DNA of 51,932 bases from Catajapyx aquilonaris (lineage: Eukaryota). Shown here in pieces: positions 12,455-25,427 of this stretch (position 1 is its first letter; every line of letters starts with the position of its first letter). Under the pieces are notes generated by a model. It worked only from the letters and a program-made list of their open reading frames with translations. It was not told the DNA's origin and did no database searches. The position numbers and the translations under genes were made by a program. Location: assembly GCA_000934665.2 (NCBI GenBank), contig KZ538715.1:1-51932 (forward strand), given 5' to 3'.

Positions 12455-13009
12455 CTTTCACTCTCGCAACGGCTTCCAACTCCCGCCCACCCTAGTCTAT
12501 TACGGAGAGGCACCAGTAGTAGGTGGAACTAATAGCACCATTCAAGTGCCACTTGCAAGACGATTAACATAAAACTTGCACAGCACCTGACTGATAGATC
12601 TAATGTGAGCTAGACACTCGCCCCGGGGCCGCCCTTTTCAAGTGTTGCGCAAACGTTGGTCTCAGCAAAATAGGGTCCATCTAACATGATGTAACCATTC
12701 TGTCACTAAAGTCGATTGAAAGAGAATAAAAGGTCGTGTCAGTGCTCGATACCTGTGGTGAAACCGATTGCCTATATGGTGCTGAGGTCTCAACTTCTGT
12801 GAACCAAAAGTAATATATAACCAGGCTCTGACAATTTAATCCAAGCTTAGCGGCACTCACACTGCCAGGACCGCTGCTTGATTACAGGAGTCATTTTCAC
12901 TAGGTTCATGTCGAGTCGATTAGTGAAGAACTAAATCTACCGGAACTGCCCATAACAAGGATATGCAGCAATGTGGTGGTTGCAAACAAGTTACGCTACT
13001 CCTAATGAG

Positions 13010-13243
13010 TCAGACTGGACAAACAGTGGTGCAACGGTAACGGTTGCGTTCACAGTTAGAAAGCGCTACTCGTGTTTGACCATATAAGCCTGGGCTTTCA
13101 GTCTTCATTAGCGCAGAGTTAGAGGCATGTTTAGAGGTTTTTTTGGTCTTCGTCTCGGTTGGAATACCAGCTTTCCTGCCGAGGAAAGCAGACAAAATGG
13201 CCACTTGAGCCTCCATTTCCAGTGACTTCTTCTCTCGTGGTAC
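13010..13243 (-). CDS. candidate terminal exon, frame uncertain
   Basis: Acceptor catcctgcag|G with a branch-like ctaat upstream. All three frames stay open for more than 100 nt (phase 0 VPREKKSLEMEAQVAILSAF... to 13010; phase 1 TTREEVTGNGGSSGHFVCFPRQESWYSNRDEDQKNL* to 13131). No homology recognised. Confidence 0.25.
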   Translation of the reverse strand, partial: VPREKKSLEMEAQVAILSAFLGRKAGIPTETKTKKTSKHASNSALMKTESPGLYGQTRVALSNCERNRYRCTTVCPV

Positions 13244-13380
13244 CTGCAGGATGTGGCATTACAGTTAATTAGTGTTGTAATGTTATATTTCTACCGGTAG
13301 TGCTTCAAAACACTTCAATGAAACAAAGTCGGGAAGGAGTATAGGGAAGAGAGACATCGCAAAAGTCGGGAGGGCGAGTA

Positions 13381-13579
13381 GTGGACGGGAGCAGTGGCTG
13401 TGTCGCAAACGCAAGGATGGAAGTGTTGATTTTTTTGGATTTGGGAAGGGGTATGCTGTACCAACCCAACTCAACCTAACCTAACCTTCCTTCCTTGCGG
13501 ATACGGACCTATCTTCAGCGGATATACACCTTCAGCCTGCCTGCTCCGTTTTTGCGACACAGCCACTGCTCCCAGCCAC
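13381..13579. mobile_element. inverted-repeat element with an internal AACCT repeat
   Basis: 23-bp perfect IR gggagcagtggctgtgtcgcaaa (13387-13409) / tttgcgacacagccactgctccc (13551-13573), with internal aacctaacctaacc. No TSD seen. Confidence 0.65.
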
Positions 13580-14030
13580 CACCAACCGTCTGTGGTGGCG
13601 CGTTAACCTACTCTAGTCCAAACTCGGTCTTATAATCACACAGCAAACGGTATATCAATGTGCACGCTATACTACAAGTCATTCGGTTACCATGGTCAAA
13701 ATTGTACAAAATTTAATGGAGGAGAAAGTAGGTCCAGTTGACATGGCGGAATGCCTGTCACATAACATTTGACAACAGTTGCCACCTAGCTTGACAGCGT
13801 TAAATATCAACTCACTTTGCATGGAGGCAAGTTGAAAAGCTTCAGCTATTTCTGTTAACATGGCGGTGCATTTGGAAGGTAATTGGTAATTAGGAAATCA
13901 GCGAAATTAATTTCGGATTTGCTTTAAAAATCGGCAATGGTGTTATGAAATGGATTTACGGAGGAATATAAATGTTAAAATATTTTGGAACAACATTGCA
14001 CACTTTCAATCACTGATTTTGAATGCGTGT

Positions 14031-14430
14031 ACAGCATAGCTTCTCAAAAAGTAGGCGGCGACCTCTGTTCCGGATGGCCTCTGTTCCACCAATAAGATCG
14101 CTTAGGGAAAGGTGAGTATAGTGCGGTCCATAAGAAATCCTATTTTGAAACCCTACCGTGTATTGCTTAACTATAACCACAGAGGTCGCCATATTTAAGA
14201 CATAAGGTGAAGTGGGGTAAGTGCATAAACTGGCCGCCATATTGGAATGAAAATGGCTGACATGCTCACCTCTTGTGGGGATGTGATGTGCAGCTACACA
14301 AAAAAGTGCCTGACGTGTTTTGGTGTCGTCAGCCACTTTCATTCCAATATGGCGGCCCCGTGTATGCACTTACCCCGTGTATGCACTTACCCCACTTCAC
14401 CTTACCTATTTTTGTGAGAAGTTAGGCTGT
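14031..14430 (+). mobile_element. MITE family E, degenerate copy interrupted by a nested MITE
   Basis: Homology to 41704-41962 (acagcata.cttctcaaaaa ... ttttgaaaccc.accgtgtat ... cagaggtcgc.atatt, resuming as gagaagttagg after 14404). Confidence 0.75.
14205..14402. mobile_element. nested MITE with TA TSD (Tc1/mariner/pogo-like)
   Basis: TA|aggtgaagtggggtaagtgcata ... tatgcacttaccccacttcacct|TA. Inner IR ggccgccatattggaatgaaa / tttcattccaatatggcggcc. Short tandem duplication in the right arm. Confidence 0.9.
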
Positions 14431-17400
14431 AGATAGGAATGAAAAAGACAGTGAAAGCTATAATGTCCCCAAGTAACGACAATATATATTAATAGAATCA
14501 CTATGAAACGCCTATAGTGCACCCCATTCAGACCACAGGAGAGCTTGCTCATGTGGAACATGTTCGAATATGCAAGTTTTCCGAAAATAATTATCATTCA
14601 TCAATTCCCGTGCTAATAAAGTCAAAATCTGCGCCAGAAGTGTTAGATGGGGGCCCCTTGCGCGTTAACATGTACAGTATTTTAAGCACTATCGATACTC
14701 ATTATAGGCAGAGAAATATACTGTACGTTACAATCTTATTCGCCCCTAGGGCACAATTATCATAATTCGTGATGGCCACTGATATATCAGCTTTTGCCTA
14801 GAGGTTCAGTAGTTTTTAGTCCCTGGAGAAACACGCTTGGTCAAACCACCGTGCACTGAAAAGCCTTTTAAAATGGCAGTAATTCATTTTCTCTCCTTAC
14901 AGCGATTTCACTCCACATTTTACATAACAATACCATATACGGTAGGCCTACTATATGACCAAAATTCCATAATTAAGCGCCAGAAAAATAAGGCCCGGAT
15001 CGCATGAGGCAACTTTTATTTGCATAAAGTATGATCTAAAAATGCCAACGGATGCTCCAAAGGGTCTGGAGGTACGGTAATACTAAATTTTCAAAACTGA
15101 CAAATTATTTTCACCACACACAAATCTGCGTGTCTGGCTGATTTGCTGTTTTTTTCTCGCCATTTCTCCAGAGAGGAATACCTCCCCCGAATGAACCACT
15201 ACAGGCTTGCGATTGGCTTGTTCAAAGCAAGATAATAGCTATTATTCGAATTAGTGTACACATCCCTATGCAATCACGTTAATTCGACCACATTGCAGTA
15301 ATCAAACGGAGAGTTAAATCTCAAACCAGCCTTTTTTTTGTACTTCACATGATGATCAATACGACGCAAATTCTCCTTCCCAACTTCAATATTTACTGAG
15401 CGAACCTCCATCCTAGACCCTAAATTCAATTATTGACGCTTGCAAATCTCATAGCGGCCGATGGGTGTGCTTCAACTGCTTTATTTCGCGCCAATTCGAA
15501 TCCGCAGTTCAAGAAGCTCTATACTGCAATTCCCAGTAGGGTATTAACTTTCCTGATTGGAAAGTTCTATCGGAATCTAATCGTGGTGACAATTACCTGT
15601 GTGCAGACTAACTTTGCAAATCACAACATTCGATTAGTGCTATTACGCAGCAATTCTATTGCATTCCCTAAGGGTTCACTGCATGTATGATGTGCGCAAT
15701 GATTCTAGTCATTCATTGCAATGTGTATACAGAAGGACATGGTGTGTAGTATGAATAAAAATCCACGAAAAATATTGATGACCATACACTAGCAGAATTT
15801 AAATTTAAATTCTTAATTGAAATTTACGTTTAAAAACATCTACTTGGTTTTAGAGGACGGTAATAAAATTTTAACAGAATATGACCAATAGAGGAATCAT
15901 AGAATAAGGCTAGGGCTAAATATGCAGGCATAATTTGCCAGAATTAAATTGCTGCCAGCGTGTAATGCGATCATGGGATGTAATGTGGTTAATGCGGCGG
16001 CATAAGCATTCCGCTCGATGAAGTTTTTTAAATTGTTATAATGTATAATAATGTTATTATACACAGAAATCATTGACCTAAATTCAGCATCGGCGCCAAA
16101 AAAAATACGGTTGAAGACTATGTTTACTTGGGATACAATACTATATGATTCAGCCTGATGTACAATATGATGTAGAAACATTACGTTATCCTACAGTCAT
16201 CGTTGGTTACTGCTTGTGTTATCTTTTTAAGATATAAGGTGTTCTCATTACGTCAAGATTTCTGACATCTTCAATGGTTTTTGTAATTTGTAATTAGTTG
16301 TAACATATTCTTCAAAAATTGCTTCTTGTAAAAATGTGTTGAACAATACTTTTCCTTCAGCATGGGATGAAAATTCGTGATGTAACCCACGCAGTGGCAA
16401 TTCCAAATAACTAGTCTTTTATGTAGGGTGTCAATAATTTTTTGACATATTAGTAAGGCAAAGTGGATTTAAAATTAAATCTACAACAATATAATTATGA
16501 AGATCTCGGGATAAAAACTGAGGTGCAACTGATATAATCCCATTTTAAATTTCGAAGGCCCACAAGGTTCCATTGTAAATCCCATTCCCATTCGGGGCCT
16601 TCCATAGTGACCTATGATCATTACTCCACACCCACGACCAAACCATCATATTCTACACTAGGGAAAGTATCTTCAGAGATATGTAACTCATTTTTGACAA
16701 AAAAAATTGACCTTGACCTTTCGTCCAGGTCTTCCAGGTCTTCATATTCAAATATTTGAATAACACTGACTGTTACAATTATTTCCTCGTGGTTCAGAAT
16801 TTCGCTCACACCCGTATCGGTGGAAATGTCACAAAATATAACTCGTCCTGTTGGCACCCTTGGCGGGGGAGGGGGGGGGGGGGNGGGGGATTTTAACTGA
16901 TAAGAATGCGACCTAAATCGAAACACACAGTAACTTATATTGTGTAGCAGGTGTGTACAGGTGTACTGCAGAGAAAAACATTTGTCTGTCAAAAGTTAAT
17001 GGTTAATAACTTTAAAGCCAGAGGTACCTAACTTTGCATGATAATATAGTTAGCTGACTACACGATCTGACCTCTCCCTCATTAGTTATGAATGTTGTCA
17101 GCAGAGTGGGCGTGTATAGGGCCTATAACTTACACTCTTATAGGATGAAACGTGGTTGATGCAGTATGTGTTGAGAAATTTTTTAAAAAATGTTTGCGGA
17201 GCCATAGTGAATATGCTGCAGTGAAAATTATCCTGCCCCTCTACCACGCTTAAGCCTGTCCACTTGTGATGTCTGATATGACACAAGAAACAGGTTTGAG
17301 AAGTGTAGGTCATGTAAAGAAGAAATGAAATCGCGGAAGGAACCCAACGTAACACTACCCAAGAGCGACCCATTAAAACACATTACCAAGTGAAGTAATT

Positions 17401-19180
17401 AAGCACAGCCGGATTTGAAGTTGGATTAATTGTCAGTGAATACTAATGAAATGCTCTTCTGAAACTGGCGCTATACCTCAGCACTAGATGACAGCGAAAT
17501 AAAAAGAAGTAAACGGCAGGCCTCGCACAATGTCAAACGGGGTAACAACCACTTCGTATCACAATACGATGCTTTATACTACATTACACCATGGTATGAA
17601 ACACAATAAGCCCTCGGTTCATGTGGAACCGCCACATTCGTCAGACCAGCCATGAAAAGCGTATGCCCTCTCTTAAAATATAAAAAGGATATTATAAAAT
17701 GCGACCCAAATGAACAAAATATTTTTGGGACAAAATCTATTTTTTTCCTGTTAATGTCAAAAGGCCATCACAACAACTATTATTCTGGTCAAACCAATAC
17801 CATCCATGTGGAGAAATCAGTGCACCACTATACCTAACCTACTAAGCAGAAGTGTTCTCTGGGGACAATATGCATGAAAGTGGGTACTTCTTGAGTTGCA
17901 TATACGATTCATCAGAGTAGAGGAGAGTGTCACTGGCAGAAACCACACGTGCCCTTACAAAATGAACATTTAGGCCCTCAGAGAATGTAGGCATACCGCG
18001 AGTTTAGCTGCAGGTTATTGGTAGGCATCAACAAACTAGTGTGGGTGTGCACATGGCACAAATGTCCGCAGAACCTCTTTTAGAGAAGAGTTCTTATGTA
18101 ATTCAGTCAACGAAACGATGGCAAGAGGTCTAAAGAGGGCATGTCTCCTGATATCGATGTTTGTCCCGGTACATCTGTCAACGGTAACCTGATGCTGCTA
18201 AAATATTGGGGGGCAAAAAATGTGAGCAGATGATTCTTTCCCACGAAAAATCCTTGAAAGATGGAGCCAAAATCCGAAGGTGTGAGAAGACTACAGACTC
18301 CCAAGGTTCACAACACTGCAATACCTGTCACCATTTCTCGCGTGGTTGCTCACCCATGAACGAACCACATAAGGCTTCCCGACTATTTCTACTTGTACCT
18401 TTCAAACACTGGATTGTTCTCTCTTCATATTTTTCTCTGAATATACAGGGTGTTCCTATAAGCGAGAAAACTTGCTTTTTAAATGCCTATCATATGCAGA
18501 TGTGGTTAAATAGATATGTGTGTACGCCATATATGAGTGTACATTGCTTTTGTGGCCTGCAGGCACAGTATACAGTACTCTGTATAAACTGAAAAGTATT
18601 TTATCATTATAGAGTAGGCACTTTAAATAAATACCTAAAGGCGCGGAAACCATACATATAGCAACAGTACTGAGAATTCCCTATTTCATCCGGCGAACTG
18701 AATGGGTAAAATATTGATCTTTGTGTCCCACAGGTTTTGTTCCAAAGTGATGATTCTGGTTGAAATCGACAGTGGGGGTTGGTCTGAACGTCACCAACAA
18801 GTTTTGCGGAAAGGCAAACTTCGCAACCAATTTGTAGAAAATTCTAACCTACAACTCTTCACCTCTAACCAAAGTGCAGAGAGAAAAAGTACAAGATCCA
18901 GCCGAAAGAGTGATGCAAAATTTACACTGTAGAGTGCACCACTGCACTGGCTGAGTTAAAACCTGGAACAATGGTACGAGGTAGCACGTAACGGATGGCT
19001 CACTTTCGCCGGGTACACATCGGGATCTACCAGTGGGAATGCGCGTGAGTCACCGGAAGGAGTATTTCATAGCGATATAGTTGGGAAATGTCAACGACTG
19101 TAACCTGAAAAGCTCCTGAAGTAGTGGGCATTGCTTACAAAATCTGTGGACAAAATTTCAATTATCCTTAACAACATTTT

Positions 19181-19400
19181 CCTTCCAATCCTCCCTCAGG
19201 CTAGCTATTCTCGGCCAACTCACTTCTCAACAATCCCAAAACCCTGGTTTTTTTCCTTTTACATACCGATATCTCTACAGTTCTGACTTCTCAATTTTCC
19301 TTCCATGATACAGTTCCTTTTATGGTACCACCCTTAGGCTTATCCCTCAAAAATATTATTTTGATAAACAATCTCTTCCAACGTCACTTGATCTTCTGCT
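19181..19400 (-). pseudogene. degraded RTE-like LINE ORF2 C-terminal remnant
   Basis: Minus-strand peptides NCIMEGKL (about 19315-19292) and SWPRIASLREDWK (19220-19182), in the order expected for RTE-clade C-termini (..EGK.. then W...A..R..W). Frames are broken. Confidence 0.5.
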
Positions 19401-20941
19401 TGCAACTTATCACTTCCTTCTCGACCTACGGCCTTCACCTACATGTGCATATATTTGGCCCAATATAGTAATGGATAGTTAATACTTCCGCTTCCTGGTT
19501 AGTGCTCATTACATTAGTATCCCGACTATAAGGTCAGTTCCATCCGTTCATTTTTTTTACCTCACAAGCCTATATTCTGTGGCTTTTCAAAGTCGAGAAT
19601 TCTAAATGAGTGAGATATTTTCAAATCGGCATATGTAATATTTGGAGAACTGCCCACTCCAGCATGACGCGCGGAGAGCCAATCTTCATGCTGATTGGCC
19701 AGTCGCGTAATTTTGCTAGTAGCGGCCTCGTGTAAACGACCAGCACTTATTACTCGAGGATTTATCGGGCGTTGCTCGGAAGTAGTATTATGACTAATGC
19801 CCCGTGCCATCTTCGCATTTTCCCTTGATGAAATGCACCTTTGTCAACCCCCCCTGCGATTCCATTTTCTGGGACATAGCCAAAATCCTATCTGCGTTGC
19901 CGGGGTAAACTAAATGTTCAAAGAACTGCCCGTAGGCAGGCAGGAATCGCTCAAACTATCTCAGACCTAGCGTTCTACCAAATGGTTCTACCCATTATCC
20001 AATCACTATTTTTTTTAAAGCTTATATCTCCACCTTTCATATTTCCAAAATGCCTCCCAAATTCTGCTCCCACAATCATGCTCCCTCAAATGCTAATCCT
20101 CCAACAACCCTGTCCCGTCGCCAAGCACATGCTCTAAATTCTGGAACCTTTCCTATTGGTTCTTACGGAAATTGGGTATTAGGTATGCATTAGGTACGAA
20201 TGTGGTATGCGGTACGTTGCCCATACTTCCGGATTCCACTTTTAAAATCTAGGCTAACACCGAGGTTAGTGCAGAGTCTTTTGCTCAATATCTTGGGTCA
20301 TATAAGGAAAATGTTCATTACTATAGAGATGGATAAAAACCTTGTATAGGTGATTGTAGGTTTATACCCTTATAACGTGCAGAGTGCATCTCATTTTCAT
20401 CCTTTGTGTGCATCGATTTCCTAGTCTGCGAGGCCAAGAAGCGCTCTTCATCACCCAAAAATTTGTGTCTTCTGTTCCACTCGGGTAAAAACAAACTCGG
20501 TTTTATAGCAGTGAGTTTCATTCATGGGTAGGAACATTTTGAAAGTTTTTTTTTTTTTGAAAACTATTTTATTTACTATGCAGAACCCCGTTAAGGTCTC
20601 TCAGTAAGTGGCACACGTTTTACAGCGGTTTATCAGAAGGCGCCTGTCGTCGAAAGTGTCACCCAATAGACCATGCATAATTATGCTGCCAGAGCTCAGT
20701 ACAGGGGTGACAGCAGTTTGAAACTAGCGCAAGTGCTTCAGACGTTTATCAATTTAAGGGGTGAATCGAATACTGAACATCCGGAGCTCGAGCCTAATTT
20801 TGTAACTGATGTCATTCCTTTTTCCTCTTTTTGCACACGCAACCTGCTGCTGGCGTAGGCCTACCACCATGAGCCTAATTGCTGACTAACCCATAGGCAA
20901 GGAAATAATAGATAAGGAGTTATGGAAAACTGAAATATTTA

Positions 20942-21467
20942 CAGTACCCACATCCTAATTTCTTTTAAAAAAATAGGCACGTCCTAATTGTGACCTCTGT
21001 GGTTAAGCCATACACGGTATAGTGTTTCAATACACTCTTAACCATTTACCTTCTCTAGAGAGGGTAAGAAAGTGTCCATTTTTACCTTACATTGTAGGGT
21101 AAATTGATTCTAAGGTAAATTTTGCATATATTACCTTAGAAAATAGAGGGTAAAAAAGAGGCCCTTTTTACCCTCTATTTTCTAAGGTAATACATGCAAA
21201 ATTTACCTTAGAATCAATTTACCCAAGAATATTTACCCTACAATGTAAGGTAAAAAATGGCCACTTTATTACCCTCTCTAGAAAAGGTAAATGGTTAAGA
21301 GTGTAGAGCATTTCTTTTGTGCAGCACTGTACCAACCGATATGATTGGAGGAGCAGAGGCCCCCCACCCTCTGCTCCACCAATAAGATCGCTGAGGGTGT
21401 CTGGTGTGCAGTGGAGGGGGAAAGGTCGCCTAATCTGTTGAGAAGTTATGCTGTGGGTAGCCTACTG
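20942..21467 (-). mobile_element. MITE family E copy (TA|CAGT termini) interrupted by a nested MITE
   Basis: 20942-21032 plus 21306-21467 is the reverse complement of 41704-41962. TA on both flanks. Confidence 0.9.
21033..21303. mobile_element. nested foldback MITE with TA TSD
   Basis: TA|cactcttaaccatttacc ... ggtaaatggttaagagtg|TA. Nearly the whole element is a palindrome built from TTTACC/GGTAAA motifs. The empty site is visible in the family E paralogue. Confidence 0.93.
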
Positions 21468-22643
21468 TAGGCCCATACACTGTCAATGCAGCTAATGTCA
21501 TCATGCATAATACCAAAAAACCAAGGACCTACTGTGTATAATATGTTAGGGATGTGGCATCTAATGCTGTTGTCTTGAGGACATCTTGCTGTGAAGAGAA
21601 AATATAATTAGCATCATATGCAAAAAGTGAACATTTAATATCGAGATATCAACGGTAAAACCGTTTCTTACGACTTCATATAGGCCTACAATATACATTG
21701 CATTTCCCTATATGAGGGGTAGTCAGTGATGAAGGAGACGCAAGTTAACCCCAATAATAAGCTAAAAATTGCACTTTCCATGAAATAATACGTATATGTA
21801 GCATACAAAGTCCAGAATAATCTAAACATAACATTGCCTATCACCATTTGTTATACTCATGTATTGCTCACATCTCACATGACCCCACTGACACGGCACT
21901 TAACCTGAATTTAGTCACCCACACCACGATTTTAACATCTAAACTTGGGCATTCAAATCTATCCAATACTTTAAGCTCATCCGCTCGTGAGAATCCCTCC
22001 CCATTCGGTATCTGTTCCAATTCGGAAGAATATGCATATAGAAAGTCAATTATTGTTTCGCCAACTCCTATCATGCGTACAATTATATGCATATCTTGTA
22101 TACTTAAGTATACTTTCACCTTTTCGGAAGTTCCGAGCAAGCATGAGAGAGCGACAATTACCATTTTCATTCAGGTGTAACATCTCGGTTTTGTTTTTCA
22201 CTGTTCAATAACTTGCTTCTGCATATAGTGCACATGGATGTACTGTACATTACATGTACCGTTCAGACATTCTTATACCAATTTGGATCCATGAAGCAGC
22301 CTAGATCCGACCATGGACCAGAATCTAAAGGGATAGCTTTTGGAGTGGTGTACCCGCCTCCCAATCAGGTGTAATTGGGTACCGGAATGTTGTGATACCA
22401 GAATGATTCCAATTCGTTTTCCAGTCGTAGTTGGAATGGCGAATTTCGTAAAGGGCATGATTAGTTGAACAATGAAGATGGTTCTTGGCTAGATGTTATG
22501 CCAATATTCCCACTCTTATTAGCTACTAATTCTTGCATGGCTTATGGTCATAATGCAATATAGGCGGTCGTAATGCATTAATTTCATAGTAAAGTATAGT
22601 CTACACACACAGTATACTTTTAGGAGGATAGTTTCAACATTAG

Positions 22644-23511
22644 TGCCTGGTTGCACCAACAAAATTACCGGTCCGATAGCTCCTAACGGACCGATAGCGC
22701 ATGTTAAAAGTCCATTAGGAGCTATCGGACCGGTAATTTTGTTGGTCACTGACCGACCCTATATCTGGTCAGCGCAACATGGCTCTTGGATTGTTTGGTT
22801 GTTTGTGAGGGTATTGGGGCCTGCGTAAGAACCAGAATGGTCTGACGCAGACCCCAATACCAACCCGACGACGGGTTGACCACAACTACTTAATGGATTT
22901 TCTTACCTTGCTTGTCTGCGACATTTCCCTATACTACTGTTATATCATAATCATGCCTGATGGTTGCAGTCTTGCACCAACAAAATTACCGGTCCGATAG
23001 CTCCTAACGGACCGATAGCACATGTTAAAAGGTCTACCTATCTGTCCATTATAGGAGCTATCGGACCATGGAGAGACCATGGAGAGATGTTGCTGTACTG
23101 TACTGTCTTGGAATATCTGATGGACGTGCTGAAAAAACATGCAGCACCTGTTCTTTTACTAGTACGAGCCACGTCACTGACCGACCCTGTATCTGGTCAG
23201 CGCAACAAGGCTCTTGGATTGTTTGGTTGTTTGTGAGGGTATTGGGGCATGCGTAAGAACCAGAATGGTCTGACGCAGGACACAATACCAACCCGACGAC
23301 GGGTTGACCACAACTACTTAATGGATTTTCTTACCCTGCTCGTCTGCGACATTTCCCTATACTACTGTTATATCAGAATCATGCCTGATGGTTGCACCAA
23401 CAAAATTACCGGTCCGATAGCTCCTAACGGACCGATAGCACATGTTAAAAGGTCTACCTATCTGTCCATTAGGAGCTATCGGACCGGTAATTTTGTTGGT
23501 GCAACCAGGCA
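22644..23511. mobile_element. composite PIF/Harbinger-like element: three palindromic MITE units and two copies of a ~215-bp cargo
   Basis: tag|TGCCTGGTTGCACCAAC ... GTTGGTGCAACCAGGCA|tag (3-bp TSD). MITE units at 22644-22746, 22972-23067 and 23389-23511. Cargo at 22745-22960 and 23173-23388. Confidence 0.85.
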
Positions 23512-23560
23512 TAGATCATGCTACTACTCTGACTAAGTCAGAAAATAATTATATTGCATA

Positions 23561-23812
23561 CTAGCTGCGGCACCCGGCGTTGCCCGGGAAGAAATGAATG
23601 AAGGGAAAACACCTGCCAGTAGCCCCGTCAACTGTCTGTCTTTCTGTCTGTCCGCCCACCAATGCCATCTGTGATCCGCTACTCCAACACCTTCAACCTC
23701 TCCCGGCCTGGTGGTGGAGCACAGATGGCAGGCAAATGACGGTTGGCAGGCGGACAGACAGACAGAGAGACAGACAGACAGACAGACTCACAAACGGTTA
23801 TATTTATATAGA
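23561..23812 (-). mobile_element. non-autonomous Helitron, copy 2
   Basis: A|TCTATATAAATA ... CCCGGGCAACGCCGGG ... GCAGCTAG|T on the minus strand. No TSD. (GACA)n tract. Confidence 0.92.
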
Positions 23813-24806
23813 TAGGCCATTTGGGACGGCTGTTGTCCTGCGACAAAGACAAAAAAGGAATGCACTATTCCACTTCATTAGGTATAAAACAATGCCCCCA
23901 ATTAGATGACTCATCTAGATAATGAGCCAAAAACAGCTTACTTATATTATCCAGACTTATTCCATTTTGTAAGGTCTGGAAATACCTTCCCTCAGAGGGC
24001 TTTGGCCTTCCTGGTAATCCTATCCTGACCAGCGTTGTCGAATCTCTACAAAGCAAATTTTAACAAGTTTTAATTTGTTAAAAGTGTTGTAATAAGATTA
24101 TAAACTTTCTAAAGCCTGGCGTATGTAAAGAAAAAACAAAAACGAAAAACTACGGTTCAATGACATGATTGTGTGATATTTTTTTACTGCGTTTTTCCTT
24201 TGAAAACCCGGGTGTGTCGTCTCGAAAGACACCATCACAATGACAAAGACAATCCTGCAGATTTTTTCGCGTCATGACATGTCATCCTACGTAGCAGACT
24301 ACTCCCCAAGACACAGTTCTGTCACAAAATCATTAAAAGTTGACATGATCTGAAATCGGTATTGGCGCATACCGTGTCATTAACAAGTTGTGCGAAGTAA
24401 TCAAAAATAATGATATTCAAATTACATTTGAATTTCCGTTCATTAACCTCCACACTAGTCTGATAATGACTTACTTGAAACTCAACATCGTAGCCAGCAG
24501 TTTTTTTGTACTGCACTAGGGAGAAGGAAAACCTGACCCCCGACCCCTTTTCATCACTAATTTTTACCCCCTTGACATTTCGACCCAATTAGTTCTTCGA
24601 ATTAAGATCGGTTTAATCACCACAGCAGTGGGAGGTGGTTCCCCACTTTTTGATTTCTAATTTTCCAGTTCCACATATTTTACCTCATACCAACTGTGGT
24701 GATACCCTCTGGCCTTCTCTTTTCTAGTTCTAGTTAGATTGCTCTATTTTCCTGACATTTTGTAAATTGTATAATGTATATGCTTACTGCTGCTCCACTG
24801 TATGTA

Positions 24807-25020
24807 CAGGGTGTCCACAATGAACCTCCCTAGTGTTAACTTGCTACTATTGCGCAAGTTACTAGACCATTTTGTAGATTCTGTTTGCATCTTCCGACAG
24901 CATCCTCCACAGGAGCGCCACCTCATCACATAGGCCGTTCCAAAAATTCAGGATGAAACTTGTTAGGTATCCAGACCATTTAAACAACAAAAACTATGGA
25001 GAATCATTGTGGACACCCTT
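24807..25020. mobile_element. Tc1/mariner-type MITE
   Basis: TA|cagggtgtccacaatga..ctccctag ... ctatggagaatcattgtggacaccct. Confidence 0.8.
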
Positions 25021-25427
25021 GTGTATTGTTTGGGTAATCGTTGCGAGTAATTATTAACGACAATAAAATGCTACATGTTATTTACCCGCAGTGGTGCAAC
25101 ATGTCGCTAGAGAAATAAATATCAAACTTTTGCTCCTCCACCATGTAATTAGCGTGGGTTAAACGGAACTCGAATGGCCAATATCCGCTCCGTTGGAGGC
25201 CATTGCAGAGTAGTCCTCGCTCCCACCACTTATAAGAATTCCACAGACACCCATTATTCAAGTTTTTAATTTTTCTGTTGCTGGCCTCCTCTAGCTCTAT
25301 GCCCATCAATTATTTTAATGAGCTAACACTACCATTAACATTTGGACTATTGGCACTTCTATTCCGTGCCAGCATATATTTTTTCTCACATTTCTGCCAG
25401 ATATTGCTGGTATGAATCATGTGGCCA

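Noticed and set aside
16621..16992. 123-aa minus-strand acidic ORF
   Set aside because: Contains poly-C/N and tgaccttgacct repeat-type motifs. No convincing splice signals or domain.
20545..20680. Possible fifth SINE tail (ccttaacggggtt plus poly-A on the minus strand)
   Set aside because: Too degenerate to align confidently, and no B box.
21848..22211. Overlapping ORFs of 74-110 aa on both strands
   Set aside because: No recognisable domain and only weak splice sites.
22270..22460. GVVYPPPN peptide resembling the LINE endonuclease YRPP motif
   Set aside because: A single imperfect motif, with no clear downstream GDFN.
22644..23511. Repeat-spacer-like alternation suggesting a CRISPR array
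   Set aside because: Units are about 100-120 bp and the spacers are copies of each other. The context is eukaryotic with no cas genes, and a TIR element explains the pattern.
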